A stretch of 63,796 nucleotides of DNA, filler included, from 15 parts of 15 records of this genome joined end to end with filler, not necessarily neighbours in it; one strand, 5' to 3'. Counted from the first letter of the whole stretch, positions 47,989 through 59,821 are shown. The notes: generated by a model not told the origin, from the letters alone. Translations and numbers: made by a program.

Positions 47989-48748
47989 CTGTTGTAGAGG
48001 AGGCTAGTTAAGACAGTATCAAGCAACCCTATCCCAAGTACGCTACCCAGCACCAGTCCGTCAATCCATCATTCCATCTTATACACCCCACAGTCCTAAT
48101 TAGCCATTTACCAAACCCACCTCACCCGGTCCGCGATGAGTGAAATGCGCCACCACGCTTCCTCAGCAACCCGGCCACCCATCGAGGCTGCAAGCATCAC
48201 TCCGTTGGGTAGCGCCACGTCCGTTAGTTCGTAGCGCATGGTGAACGAGTGGCACTAGCAAGTTGCTAGCACCACCGGATCCACGTTCCTGGTGCGTGTT
48301 GGGGTTTGGGTAAGCCATTGTGCCGGGGTATTGACGCGTGGCCCATCAGGGGATCTCGATTGCGTAAGTAGTGTTTCAACGCCGACAGTGCCGAGGATCT
48401 CCGCGAGCTGCTGGGTCTCATTCGCTTGACTAGGTGCGCCACGGCGGTGTGGGCTGACTACTCTAGCAACTCTAGCTAGAGTATGAGGTAGATCGCGAAC
48501 GCCCACTAGTAAGCTCAAGGGACCGACTCGCTGGCTTGTGAGGCCACCATGCAGTGGCTACGCAAGGACGAGCCATCGTGGCGGTGCGCGTTATGGCGGT
48601 GGCTACAAGACAGATTAAAACAGCGGTGTTTTACACTGTTTATTCCGTTCGCGCGAGTACTTTCATATCCTCAATTTTGCCGGCTTTGGCTGGGTGTCAG
48701 TCACATGCGCGGAAGCTGCGATCAGAGGCAACCGCAGTACAACATAAT

Positions 48749-51325
48749 CTATACGCGGCGAAAATTGTTCCGGTTTAGAACATGGAACACTGAAACACCT
48801 TGCGCCCTCAGCTTGGTTTCGATGTCTTTCATGGAATACTGTCTCCCTGTGTCCAACTGCACAACTGCTGATCCGACTTCAACCGTGCCGTCTTCCAATG
48901 CCTTAAATCTGCCTTCGAGCCTGCCTCCTCCTGGTGGCTGGTCGTCCACAAGCTTGATCAGAAGACACGGCGGATTGTTGCGCCGCAGCGTGTCGCCGGC
49001 ATGGAAGACACCGTCCAGGCGGGGCTGTTTGTTTGGCAAAACACCTACCGCTGGTTCGCCAGGAGGTGAGTGTGGTCGCTTCTTCGGCTGCCAAACAGGG
49101 ATCCTTTCCAGCGTCTCTCGCACCAACCCTCTGAGTGTTTCATCCGCAACCTCCCAGCTTGAGAACTTCTTTAACATCAGCTTGTCGATCTCCTTTTTGT
49201 CGTCGGGGCGTAATGCCTCTGCGCGTTCGCAAGCGAGTAGCTTGCAGCACCACTTCAGTGCCTCCTCTTTCTGTTCCGGCATCATTCCTGCGACCCCCTC
49301 TGCTGGTTTTACCCCGAGCCGGTTGGCTGGCGTATGTGCAATCTCGTACATGCACCAAGAACGGGTCAGAGGCGTCAGCCCACGAGGATCCTTCTTATTG
49401 GAGGGACCATACAGGTCGATGACCACCTGCGTGTTCCCGATCTCACCAACTGTTGTGGCGATTGCACTGACGTCTTCGGTCTGTGCTATTGAGCGCCGCT
49501 GTACGATTGCAAAGACGTCTAGCCACAGGAAGCAACCATCGTCCGCACAGCCGTTCGGACCAGTCAGCGCGCGGCAGAGCTTGCTGAACAAGTCGTCCCA
49601 CGCATGGCTCACAAACACCGTGGATGCTCCACGGTATACATCTGGCACTAGATCAAAGAGCCTGGTGGCATCGTGAGTAGTGGCAAAAAACTCAGCAAAG
49701 GGGGCCGCCACCTGTTCCACGAACTCTCGCGTTGTCCGAACTTTGTGTGTTTTCTGGCCCTTTTTGTCCTCGAAGCCAGACTTGATGAGATTGTCATAGA
49801 ATGCCTTGAGCCACTTGGCGGAGATACCTCGCCCTGCAACCGGGATCCGCCGCGGATCGGGGTGATGTAGCAGCTCTCCTAAGCCACATCCCCGCGGGAG
49901 CTCTGCAAGGAGCTCGGGCATCACACTGCTGTCTTGCCGTTCCACTGGAATACCTGGGTGTCCGTGCGAGATTGCATCAGCCTGTCCAACCGTGCCTCTA
50001 TCGCGATTGTTAGCGATCTTCTGGTGCGACTCTGGGTCGGGGCTATCATCGTCGGGTTTAGGTTTCGGCCGCTTGTTGTCGTGGCCGAGTGCGATCGGCG
50101 TCTTCAGTAATTGTTCGACTACTGTGCTCTTCTTGTCAGCAAGCACATTCTGAAGCACGTGAAACCCAGAGAGCTTATCGGTAGCGTCACGCACCGCGAT
50201 CGCCCCCAGATTTGGAAACCGCGACTGGCACGCGCGCACGATCTCGAGGCATTGCTGTGCGCATACGTGCTTGGGAAGGTCATCGATATGCAGCAGCACA
50301 CAGCCTTGCTGAGCGAATTTCACTTTGAAAGTGCTTTTGAGTTGGGTTCCGCTCGCAAGTCCTCTTTCCAGCTGTGCCCTGTAGCCTTCTTCGAGCGCCC
50401 TCTTCCCAGCATCGGATGCAACACGGTAGTATTCTTCGGCTTGCAAAGCTTGCTGAACAGCATCTGTCGAAATGGTTCCACGTGCTGCATCAAGCAATTG
50501 GGCACGAAACTGCTTTTCGTATGCGAGCACGGCCTTCATACAAAGCTTGTCTTTGTGCTCTGGCTGAAACGTGTGCAGCCGCTCTGCTAGCGAATCACCG
50601 GAGGGGTTGCCACTCAGGGCTTTGGATTCCTGGTACACGTGCTCAGCCACCCGGTCGAATTCCACCTCGCGCAACAGCAGCAGGACTTTCGCGTACGGTA
50701 GCGCCCGAGACAAGTTGGTCAGCTTTGTTCTGACGTGCTCGCACAGCGACCGAACGACCACTTGCCGAGCCTCGACCGTCTCGGTCTCGGCGTCAATCCA
50801 TTCCATCAGCTGCTTTTTCCGGGCGACGCTGAGCACCGCGATGGAACATTCCTGCCCAGTTCCCTGGTTCACAAATTTCTCAAAGCCCTTTAGAATCTTA
50901 CCTTCCTTTGTTTTCGCCTTCAGCCAGTTGTCTCTCAGGTTTTTCCACTTCCACTCCTTCTGACGCGGAGCTGTGATTGAGCGTATGTATTTCGTGATCG
51001 CCTCTATGTTGCTCATCCGCAGCCGCAGGTGAAGCCCGTCTGCACCCCATTGAACCGAGTCAGGCTGAACACCGTCATGAGCTGGTGAGCGGCAACGTGG
51101 CTGTCGCCCTTCCGCCATCGCCACCAGGAACGTCTGGGCTCTGTCCCTGGGTTCTGTCGGTCTGGCAAAGGTAACCGCGCCCGCAGGAGCTCCTGCAGCC
51201 GCAGCTGCAGCGCTACTCGCAGAGGCAGCGGCAGCTTCGTCGATGGCCGTCGCTGACACAGTATGATTATCCGGAATTGCTGCGCCCTCGCAAAGTGGGA
51301 GTCCTTCCAGTTCAGCCGACGACAT
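48749..51325 (-). CDS. 858-aa intronless protein with a HET/TIR-like domain
   Basis: RGIS..WL, TT.EFV, ATVF-like ASTVFVSHAW, FLWLDVFAIVQ, PLTRSWCMYE, C..AEA..P.DK..I. Confidence 0.75.
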   Translation of the reverse strand: MSSAELEGLPLCEGAAIPDNHTVSATAIDEAAAASASSAAAAAAGAPAGAVTFARPTEPRDRAQTFLVAMAEGRQPRCRSPAHDGVQPDSVQWGADGLHLRLRMSNIEAITKYIRSITAPRQKEWKWKNLRDNWLKAKTKEGKILKGFEKFVNQGTGQECSIAVLSVARKKQLMEWIDAETETVEARQVVVRSLCEHVRTKLTNLSRALPYAKVLLLLREVEFDRVAEHVYQESKALSGNPSGDSLAERLHTFQPEHKDKLCMKAVLAYEKQFRAQLLDAARGTISTDAVQQALQAEEYYRVASDAGKRALEEGYRAQLERGLASGTQLKSTFKVKFAQQGCVLLHIDDLPKHVCAQQCLEIVRACQSRFPNLGAIAVRDATDKLSGFHVLQNVLADKKSTVVEQLLKTPIALGHDNKRPKPKPDDDSPDPESHQKIANNRDRGTVGQADAISHGHPGIPVERQDSSVMPELLAELPRGCGLGELLHHPDPRRIPVAGRGISAKWLKAFYDNLIKSGFEDKKGQKTHKVRTTREFVEQVAAPFAEFFATTHDATRLFDLVPDVYRGASTVFVSHAWDDLFSKLCRALTGPNGCADDGCFLWLDVFAIVQRRSIAQTEDVSAIATTVGEIGNTQVVIDLYGPSNKKDPRGLTPLTRSWCMYEIAHTPANRLGVKPAEGVAGMMPEQKEEALKWCCKLLACERAEALRPDDKKEIDKLMLKKFSSWEVADETLRGLVRETLERIPVWQPKKRPHSPPGEPAVGVLPNKQPRLDGVFHAGDTLRRNNPPCLLIKLVDDQPPGGGRLEGRFKALEDGTVEVGSAVVQLDTGRQYSMKDIETKLRAQGVSVFHVLNRNNFRRV

Positions 51326-51408
51326 GTGTCTCAGTTCATATTCAGACTCTCGGCCACGATCACCATCAGGAGAGGCTAGCGGAGAGAGAGGAGAGTATCC
51401 TCCTCCGA

Positions 51409-51442
51409 GTCCGCCAACCGCCGCCGCCGCCGCCGCCGCCGC
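51409..51442. repeat. (CCG)n microsatellite at contig end
   Basis: Directly visible. Confidence 0.9.
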
Positions 51443-51542
51443 NNNNNNNNNNNNNNNNNNNNNNNNNNNNNNNNNNNNNNNNNNNNTTAATTAATTAANN
51501 NNNNNNNNNNNNNNNNNNNNNNNNNNNNNNNNNNNNNNNNNN

Positions 51543-54500
51543 AGGTGGACAAGAGCTTCCAGGCGTGCCGGAAGGTGCATGGGACTTAAGACGAAGATCA
51601 CTTGAGGTAGCACGCGAGAGCATCCTTGCCCTTGAGGGGAGCTCGACGGGCGGCGGCGACAGTCGAAATCGCGCAGTGTCTGTGTCGCGCTGGCAGAAGG
51701 TCGTGGATCGATCAGGCGAGGATGCGGCCGGCGGTTCACAGTACTGGGTGAACCGTGTGACGGAAGAAGTGCGCAGCGAGAGGCCGACACTTGAAGAGGA
51801 GGCTGCGGACGTGAATCGGCGCGCTCAGGAAGTCAAGCGGCTGCGCTTGACCACCTCGGGTTTGGTGACGGTGGCGAACGGAGACTCCCTACCGGAAGAT
51901 GATCAGATGAGTCCTGCCGTGCAAATGGAAGAACCACAGCAGACGGGATTCGAATCAAGTTCGCCTAGGGCCTCTCGAGGCGGTGCGATGGACGGCCTAG
52001 GACTGTTAGCGGGTGTCGTAATGGCGAAGAAGCGAGCTGCTAAGAAGCGCAATATCGTTGCCTCGAAGTTCAAGGTCAAAAATGGGCGGATGGGGCGCAC
52101 CAGCTCAATCGAAGAGGACCTGTCTACCAAACATGAGGCAGACAACAGCTTGCGATCTTCTTCGGATCTTGCTGGGTTGTTCGCTGGCAGCGGTGACGTT
52201 TGCATGGAAATGGAGCGTGGGATATACGGCCAACTAGTGTTTGACACAGGACGGCACGTTGTCGATACAAGCGCCCAGTCTCTTCCAGAGGCCAGGCAGG
52301 CCAAATTTCTAAAACTTGAAACAGGGGAATGTGAGCGGTTTCTGCAGCTTGATGCCGCGGCGCAACGCGCACGGGTACAAATATTGCGAGGGCTTGCGGA
52401 TTACATGCGTTACTCCTGGGAACTGAAGCCGCCTTCTGTCATCCTGTCCGTCACCGGGAGTGCTACGCCGTTCACGTTGCGACCTTCGTACCAGCAGGCC
52501 TTCAGCCGATCACTGCTGCATGCGACGCGCCACACGAACGCGTGGGTGTTCACTGGTGGCACAAACTCTGGGATAATGAAGCTCGTAGCAGACGGCTTGG
52601 CCAGTCAGAAGCGGGCAGAGACCGTCATTGGGGTGACGACCTGGGGAGCAATTCACGGCCGAACTGAACTCGAGGCGGAAGACTCTCTTCCTCGCACGGT
52701 TCTAGAGCAGTTTACGGTGGCACTTCACGGGTTGGAATCGCTGGCTGATGACCGGATATGGGAGGACAGCATTCGAGAAGTTTGTTCAGAATTTGGGACA
52801 GTGGTTGCAGTCACGGTTGGCAAGTCACTGGTAGTGGGTACTAGCAAATGTGGCATCAAGTGTTATGTCACGTTTCGATCCAAAGAAGCTGTTGAACGGG
52901 CTTGTGCAAAGGGAGCATTTAGAGACCATGCTCACCGGACACACTTTGGTGCGGCACGTGTGTATGCAGCTGCACTCGAAAAGTACGAGGCCTACGAGGT
53001 CTCTGAGGGCGATAGTTTACGTGGGGAGCACACACGGAAGGTGCTTCGGTGTCGTGGCGATGTCGCTATGCCGTATATCTACCACGGACGGCGGCAGGCC
53101 GGAGAAGGCCTCGTCGGTGCCCCACTCGATCGCAACCACAGCCACTACCTGCTGGTGGATGATGGAACGGACGATGAATTTGGACGTGAGCTTGCCATAC
53201 GTGATGAGCTGATCAAGTTTTTCTCTTTTCGAGACGACTTGCGCACTTGCTCGGATACTGCCCTGACGAGTATCATCCGGGAACGTCCGTCTGACGCGAA
53301 GCGGTCTGTTCCTGTTGTCTGTCTGGTCTACGGAGGAGGCGTGAATTCGTTGCAGACAGTCCAGGAACATCTTCAAGCGCACGATCCTATTCTGGTTGTG
53401 CAAGGCACCGGACGGGCTGCAGACCTACTGTTCGATTGGAAGTTGCTTTATGCAGAATGCCGGCGAGTCAAAAAGCAAGGCAAAGCACCATGGGTACAGA
53501 ACGAACGGATGCGAACTAAGGCGCGCGCGTGGCTGCTCAATAATACCGATCTGTGCCTAGACGAAAATTTGCCTCAAGATAGCAAGCTACTAGAGCTGGA
53601 GATAGGAGAGCTCTGCAAGCAACTAGACAAAATTGTGGAGTACCCACGCCTCCATTTTGTCAATGTTTCGCCTGGGGACGACTTCTCAGAGCGTGCAGCA
53701 ATTCTAAATGAGGCGCACGCCTCCATATTGCCGACTATGCTTGAGGCAATAACAGCATCATCAACCATTTTGCAGAAGGTAAAGCTGCCGCTGGCGATTC
53801 GATACAATGACTCGAAGATGATCAGGCAGATCCTTCTCGATGAAGGGTTTTGCACGAAAGAGGGTTGCCAAGAGTTGTCAGCTGACGCCCGCCCATTGCT
53901 GTTCGCAGCTTTCACTGACCAGCCAGACGTAGTTCGTCTGCTGCTTGACGCTGGATTTGATGAGCAAGCCATCGATCATTTGATCTTGCTGGAGTTGCAC
54001 CAAGTCGCGGAGCTTCGTCAACTGGATAGTCTTGGGGGGAGTACTGCATGGGAATCGCAACCGCTTCCATGTCCTCCACAATGGGAGGAGCAGCGCCGCC
54101 ACGAGATTTCTCTTTCAGCTTCGAGCATGGACAGAGACAAATTCAAACATATGACTTTGGACCAAAAGTATGTTGAGCAGTTGGCACAGGTGCAAAGTGA
54201 GTGGGAGCAGATGGCTCGCGACGAGCAGATGCAAATTGCCCGAACTACTACTGCCAAGGTGACATGGGACAAGCTGCAGTTAGTTCCTGGGTGGTCCTTT
54301 GAAGTCGTTGCCAAATCCTGCAGATCGATGGTGCAATCAAGTGCCGACAATACGCCTACTGAAAGCTTGGAGGTTGGTACACGATATCAGCTAGCTTCCT
54401 CGAAATGTTGCTGTGATAGCAAAGATGTGGAGCTGAATCTAGTGTCGGTTGAGGAACCATTTGAATCATACACCGGCTGTGTTGTTGAACCAGAAGAGGC

Positions 54501-54890
54501 CAAACGAACGATGATGACTGATCATGGAGATAGCAGCACCCGTACCAGCAAATTGCTTCGGGAAGTCATTTGGGAAAAGTACCTCTGGGTCATTGTCGAG
54601 GATCCTTCAGTCGGGCGTGTACTGCTGAGACAGGTCAGTGTAGATGAGGTCTCAGGGGCTCTTACTATCAATTCACCAGGGCGCTGGGTGGTTCCACTAG
54701 GTCCAGACATGGTGTCGCTGTACGAATCCGCATGCTCGGCATTTGATCCTTGGTTCATTGTAAAAGAACTGAAGCCTGGTGTTGTATGGTGGCGGCACCT
54801 GGCAACAAGCCGTGATAAGTGTATGTTTGAGGCCCTCCGGGGTGGACTATCGCCGATGTTGCGCGTATTCTGGGCAACTATGACGGGGAG
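51543..54890 (+). CDS. TRPM-like channel N-terminal region: WW-like domain, SLOG (LSDAT) domain with inserted RRM, ankyrin-like repeat; truncated at both ends
   Basis: P.VILSVTGSA, AWVFTGGTNSGIMKLV, IGVTTWG, LDRNHSHYLLVDDGT, VPVVCLVYGGG, PILVVQGTGRAAD. The terminal P.LRVFWA resembles TRPM MHR4. Confidence 0.85.
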
Positions 54891-54990
54891 NNNNNNNNNN
54901 NNNNNNNNNNNNNNNNNNNNNNNNNNNNNNNNNNTTAATTAATTAANNNNNNNNNNNNNNNNNNNNNNNNNNNNNNNNNNNNNNNNNNNN

Positions 54991-57399
54991 AATTGACGCT
55001 GCTCAGTCGGAACATGATGTACAGGTAGACACCACGGTAAAGTCCGATCCGTGCGTGGAGGCTGCAGCTTCCAAGCGACAAGAAGCCTCCCGTAAGTTGA
55101 CAAACGAAGAAGCGCGTGGGCTTGTACAGGACGCAGCAGTGCAGGAACACCAACAGGCGGGGCTGGAGGAACGCAAACGTAAGAAACGCGCAAAGCAAAA
55201 ACAAGTGAGGCAGGAAAAGGAGAGGAAGGAGCGACACGAGGCAGCCAAGAAAGCTAAAGCTGAGAAAGACCGCGAGGCACAGGCGCAGGCACAGGCGGAG
55301 GAACAGGCTACGGCTAAGGCTAAGGCAGCTATTCAGAGGCGACTCGAGCAGGAGCGGACGGAGCGGGTTGCTATAGCGGCGATGGCACGCCGTGAAATGC
55401 AGGAGGCCAGCGACGCCGCAGCAGAGAGTAGTGAGCATGCGTCAGAGGACGAAGTGGTCGGAGGAGATGGCACTGGCTGGTCCGACGAAAGTGAAGAGGA
55501 TCACTCTTTTGACTCTATCGTGGGGCCACAAAAGATTCTGACAGTAGAAGAGCCACAGTTCCAAGGGTGGCGAGAGTATGCAGATGAAGTAAAGGCAAAG
55601 CGGGAGGAGCATGAGATGGCTGCAGCAATGTGCAGGAGTCTCTTGTACCAAACACCACCCAAAAGCACACAGAGTCTTTTCGAGAGAGGCCGGGCTATGC
55701 ACGCAGAGCATGGGTTGATACAGTTGAAAAAAGCCGAAGAACGAGCCAAGCTGGAGAAACAGGCCACTGCTCTTGCCAACCGACAAACAAAACCGATCAG
55801 TGCGGATGGCACAGAAGATCTCATCAACAGGTTGTACAAGCCAGCCAAACGCTGTGATGCGCGGCTGGAAGACAACAGCGTGCGTGCTAACGTCAACTTT
55901 GTTCAGTCGTTGCGTGGCCCTGCGACACCCAAGAGGCGGACGGGACCCGCACCAAAAAGCACAGGTTCGAGAGGTAAATCGTCTCACGTGGGTCCAGGTG
56001 GAGGCTCAGAGATACGGGAGGCGGATGATGACGAGTTTGCAGACCTGGAGGCATTGATGAGTTCCTACGGAGGCGAAGATGTTGGTGGAAAGCAGGGCAC
56101 ACAGCTCGTTGCTGACAGTCAGAACGGCGGACAGCCAAATGGTGGTGGTGGCGTATTCGACAGGCTAGGAAGCCCGCAGAACTTCACTGGCGTTCACAAA
56201 CACCGTGCTCGTGTAACGGGCAAAGCGAAAGGTAGTGGTACTGGTCGTGCTGCTGCCAACTACCGTGATAGAGGTGAAGGAGCTGCGAATCATCGCAGGC
56301 GCCGGGCTGAGACTGGTGGATCGGCTTCTACAGCGTCTGCAGGGGATGAAACTACACCAGAGCCAGAGCCCGAACAGCCAGCAATATTTAACCGACTGAC
56401 AGACCCAAAACTTTTCACTGGTACACACGTTCATCGATTTCAATCTTCGGCCAAAAAAGGCCGCCGTCGCGTCGGGGCACGGAAGCAGGGGGCCAAGGTT
56501 GTGGCTGTCGATCAAAGACAGCACTCAAGAGGTCAGGAGCACCGCGCTCGTGGAAGGGGTAGAGCAAAAGGTACTGGTTCTGGCCGTGGTGCTGCTGGTT
56601 ACCGTAGTAGAGATAGAGGAGCTGCAGCGAGTCCTCGCAGACAAACTATACAGGCAGCGACAACTGATGAGGAAGTCGATCTATCGCGATTGCCACACTC
56701 ACCAGGCACCGGCGACGGATCTCCTAGTGCAAGTGTTGCATCCCCCGCCGAATGGAGTGTGGACGAAGTTGATGACGTTTCATCTCATGACAGTGAGTCA
56801 TCGGGACGAGATGCAGCATCTATCGACTCTAGTACGATCTTTGATAAGCTCACGGACCATGAGCAGTACACTGGGGCGCACAAGCATCGGTTTGACAAGA
56901 AAGGCAACGGATTAGGACTTGCTGGCAGAGATAGCATTCAGAAGGGCGCAGGCCACGCGAACAGAAGCGCCGTTATTAACTCAGACGGAGCTGTTCACGA
57001 CCTTAGCCAAATTGTTCGGCCAAGCTTCTACGGGGGCAAACAGAACGTCGATGGCAGGGATGTCCCTGGTGCGCTGGTGCCACTGCTTCTTCTGCCTTTT
57101 TTGTTTCGTTTGATGCACGTGTAGTGTATCATTCTCACCTGATCTATGATGATGACGCGGTTGTTGTCTACTCCTCTACGTACTCAGAGGGCACTCCACC
57201 ATCTGCTCAAAGATCTGCCCTACTGGAGCCCACGGCTGGCATCTTCGCCAAGCTGACGGATCCCAAAAGGTTCACTGGGTCGCATAAAGAACGGTATGCT
57301 GATTCAGGGTGTGGTCCTCGTCGCCTGCATTGTTTTGTCTGACATGTGGCGTGCGTTTCTAATAGGCCACCCGGTCCGCAAAGTGAGTTTGAACGGTGA
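54991..57399 (+). CDS. Coiled-coil protein with four partial p25alpha (TPPP/apicortin-type) repeats, 5'-truncated; introns 57069-57187 and 57294-57365
   Basis: VFDRLGSPQNFTGVHKHR, IFNRLTDPKLFTGTHVHRF, IFDKLTDHEQYTGAHKHRFDKKGNGLGLAGR and IFAKLTDPKRFTGSHKER. Confidence 0.82.
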
Positions 57400-57639
57400 C
57401 GGTGACGGTGACGCCTACTTGCAAGATCGATCTGCATCGCATGGCTAGCCTGCACGTCGGAATCGGTTTTGGGAGAACACAATTTGCGCTGTTACATGAG
57501 AGCAAGAGTAGGCCGCAACCTGAGCATGCTGCTGCGTAGACCGCACAGCGTATGCTGAGAGCGCACTCGGACAGTATGGTTGAGTCACCTGCGTCATAAC
57601 TGTGAATTCATGCATCACACAAATGAACAGTCACTTCAC

Positions 57640-58341
57640 ACTAAACGCGAGGAAGGCAACGAGACCTGCCCACAGTCGTGCAGTTGCAGGTCAGGAACAG
57701 CTGCATGACGAAGGACGAAGGGATGTTGGAACGCCCTCGGCACGTGCGTCACGTACCGAAGCATAGCGGTGTTAAGAGTGCACCGCACAATAAATGAAGC
57801 GCCATCCCTGCTGTCATGCCACCATCCGGGAGAGGATGGTCATCAGTCATCCACTCGACTAGTGACAGAACGATCTTGAACACCCAGAGAATGTGGATTT
57901 TCTTGGCCTCTGATTCGTCCACTACTTTCTTAAACCTGCACATGCAGCGAGGGAGGAGTACTCAGCAGTGGTATTCGTCGAGCTGCTATGCGGTGTTGGT
58001 GGCACGGAGCACGTTGGTAGCGAAGCAGCAGATCACCTTTGGGTGAACACGATCACGATCACCAGCCAAGCGAGGGTAAGCAAGTCTGACATTCCAGCTA
58101 CCATGTCGATCACGATCTCTTCACCAGGCCCCTGTACAGCCCCATCGCCCGCGGTGTCTCCTGCATCCACTGGACCGTCTGCATTATACACGAGTAGCAC
58201 TGACAGCAGATGCATGACGGCACACGAGATAGATACACAGACGACCGCAGCACTCCAGATGCCAATGGCACCGGCATCCTCTTCTTTCGCAAGGAATGAT
58301 GCCGTAGCTTCACCTGCACTCGTCCCTTCTCGAACGACCAT
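57640..58341 (-). CDS. Small multipass membrane protein, spliced; both ends uncertain
   Basis: Hydrophobic exons (58033-58341 and 57755-57935) joined in phase by a GT-AG intron; further donor GTACGT. Confidence 0.45.
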
Positions 58342-58649
58342 CGGTGGCAGGCTGAACGCCTGGGGGTGTCCGCGTTGCAGCCCAAGACCACGCACGGCAG
58401 GTGCTCTCGTGCGTGTGCTGGCGGCGGGGCTGGCTGAGCCAACGCTGTACAGGAGCGCTCGCCCCGCCGCCGGTGGCGGCTTCGGTCGCAGCAGTCAGAG
58501 GTCCTCAGCCACGGCTCCTCGTCGCGTCATATCATATCGCAACGCGTCGCTCGATCGAGTCGACTCGGCACGGCGGATGTTGCGAACTCACGATCGGCGG
58601 TTGGGAGCCCAGGTTTATGCATTATGGATCGCTACGCCGGCTCGCGGGC

Positions 58650-59120
58650 TACAGTACGGTACTACATGCCATACTAGTACATGTACTGCATTGTACATCT
58701 ATGATAGCATGCGCGCGCGAAGGACGTACACTATTATAGTATACTCAATACTGTCGATAACTTACCAAGGTATTCGAATACCGGTACGTGTACTGTACAG
58801 CTGTACTACTATAATAGTATTGTGTCAGTAGTACACTGTACACACAGTACTGTACTCAAGTACTGTATTGCCGGAGTACTTGGGTACTTGAGTACACGGT
58901 ACAGCTGTACCGTACTGTACTGGTACAGAATCCTATTACGGCTCTACTGTCCCGGTAGTATCGCACTAGATCTAGTACGGTACTTGAGTAGTAAAGTACA
59001 GTACTAGTATGCTAAAGGGCACGTGCCTTGTGGTACAAGCATGCAACTGCTGCGGTGCAAATGTGTACTGGATCTATTCATAGCTGTATTCGAATACAAC
59101 CAGTACGGTCTACTAAATAG
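58650..59120. repeat. GTAC/TAGTA-rich palindromic intergenic tract
   Basis: Very dense GTAC. Perfect palindrome ACGGTACAGCTGTACCGT (58896-58913); inverted pair 58851-58863/58884-58896. Confidence 0.85.
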
Positions 59121-59259
59121 TAAACAGTAAATAGCGTTTCGCCGTTTCCTGCCCGCCACAACGCCTACTTCAGGGTCACACCCAGGCACCATCACTGCGC
59201 CGCCAGGGTCTACACTCTCGTGCACCAACGCAATCCCTAGCTGCCCGACAGGCACAAAA

Positions 59260-59821
59260 CTATACATTATCTTGCTCGTGCTGTGGTTCGGTTGACGCTT
59301 GCGGAGCTTGCTCCATCCCGCGAATGGGCCCTTGCTCCTCCTCTTGTTGCGCAGCAAAACCGTTGAAAACTTGCTCCAAGGTCGTCTGCGAGACCGCATA
59401 CTCTTGGATCTCGAGTCGACCCTCCGCTCCGGCCTGCCCAGCCCTTGCACGGGCTGCCTCGATCCGTGAGAAAATCTCGGCCAAGGTCAAGTGCTCAGAC
59501 GGAATGTTGAAGCGAAAGTTTTGCTCGTGCTGCTCCAATAGAACGCCACCGAACTCCCGCGTGATGAAAGTCTTGAGTGAGGTCGTGTAGTCTTGCAGTA
59601 CGAACCAACCGATCAGGAACTCGCCAGACGTCAAGCCATTGGCGTGCATAGCGTTGTGGATCGTGGAGCCGCCAGGGTCCATGGCGTTGATGCTATTGGC
59701 GCGGCTTGCATTCCCAAGCTGGCTACAGAGAGTAGCCAGCTCAGCTGGCCGCACCGTCGCTGGCACGGCGTCCAAGCCTCTCGATCGCGCAAATTGTGCA
59801 ATCAACGCAGCAGGTGGGTAG
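59260..59821 (-). CDS. ABCA: C-terminal exon of a second ABCA transporter
   Basis: LLEQH....RFNIP, LAEIFSRIE and IQEYAVSQTTLEQVF are typical of the ABCA C-terminal regulatory domain. Confidence 0.85.

Noticed and set aside
48100-48540. Possible decayed retroelement ORF
   Set aside because: Multiple stops and no diagnostic motif that I can support.
48549-49676. Long antisense ORFs (this one and many others in the ORF track)
   Set aside because: Shadows of GC-rich coding sequence on the opposite strand, with no motifs.
28118-54890. Apparent defence island (patatin, TIR, HET, SLOG in series)
   Set aside because: Each gene is on a different contig, so adjacency is not evidence of linkage. Kept only as a genome-level observation.
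59260-59821. Same gene as the ABCA at 5965-8792
   Set aside because: Each has its own distinct C-terminus and stop codon.
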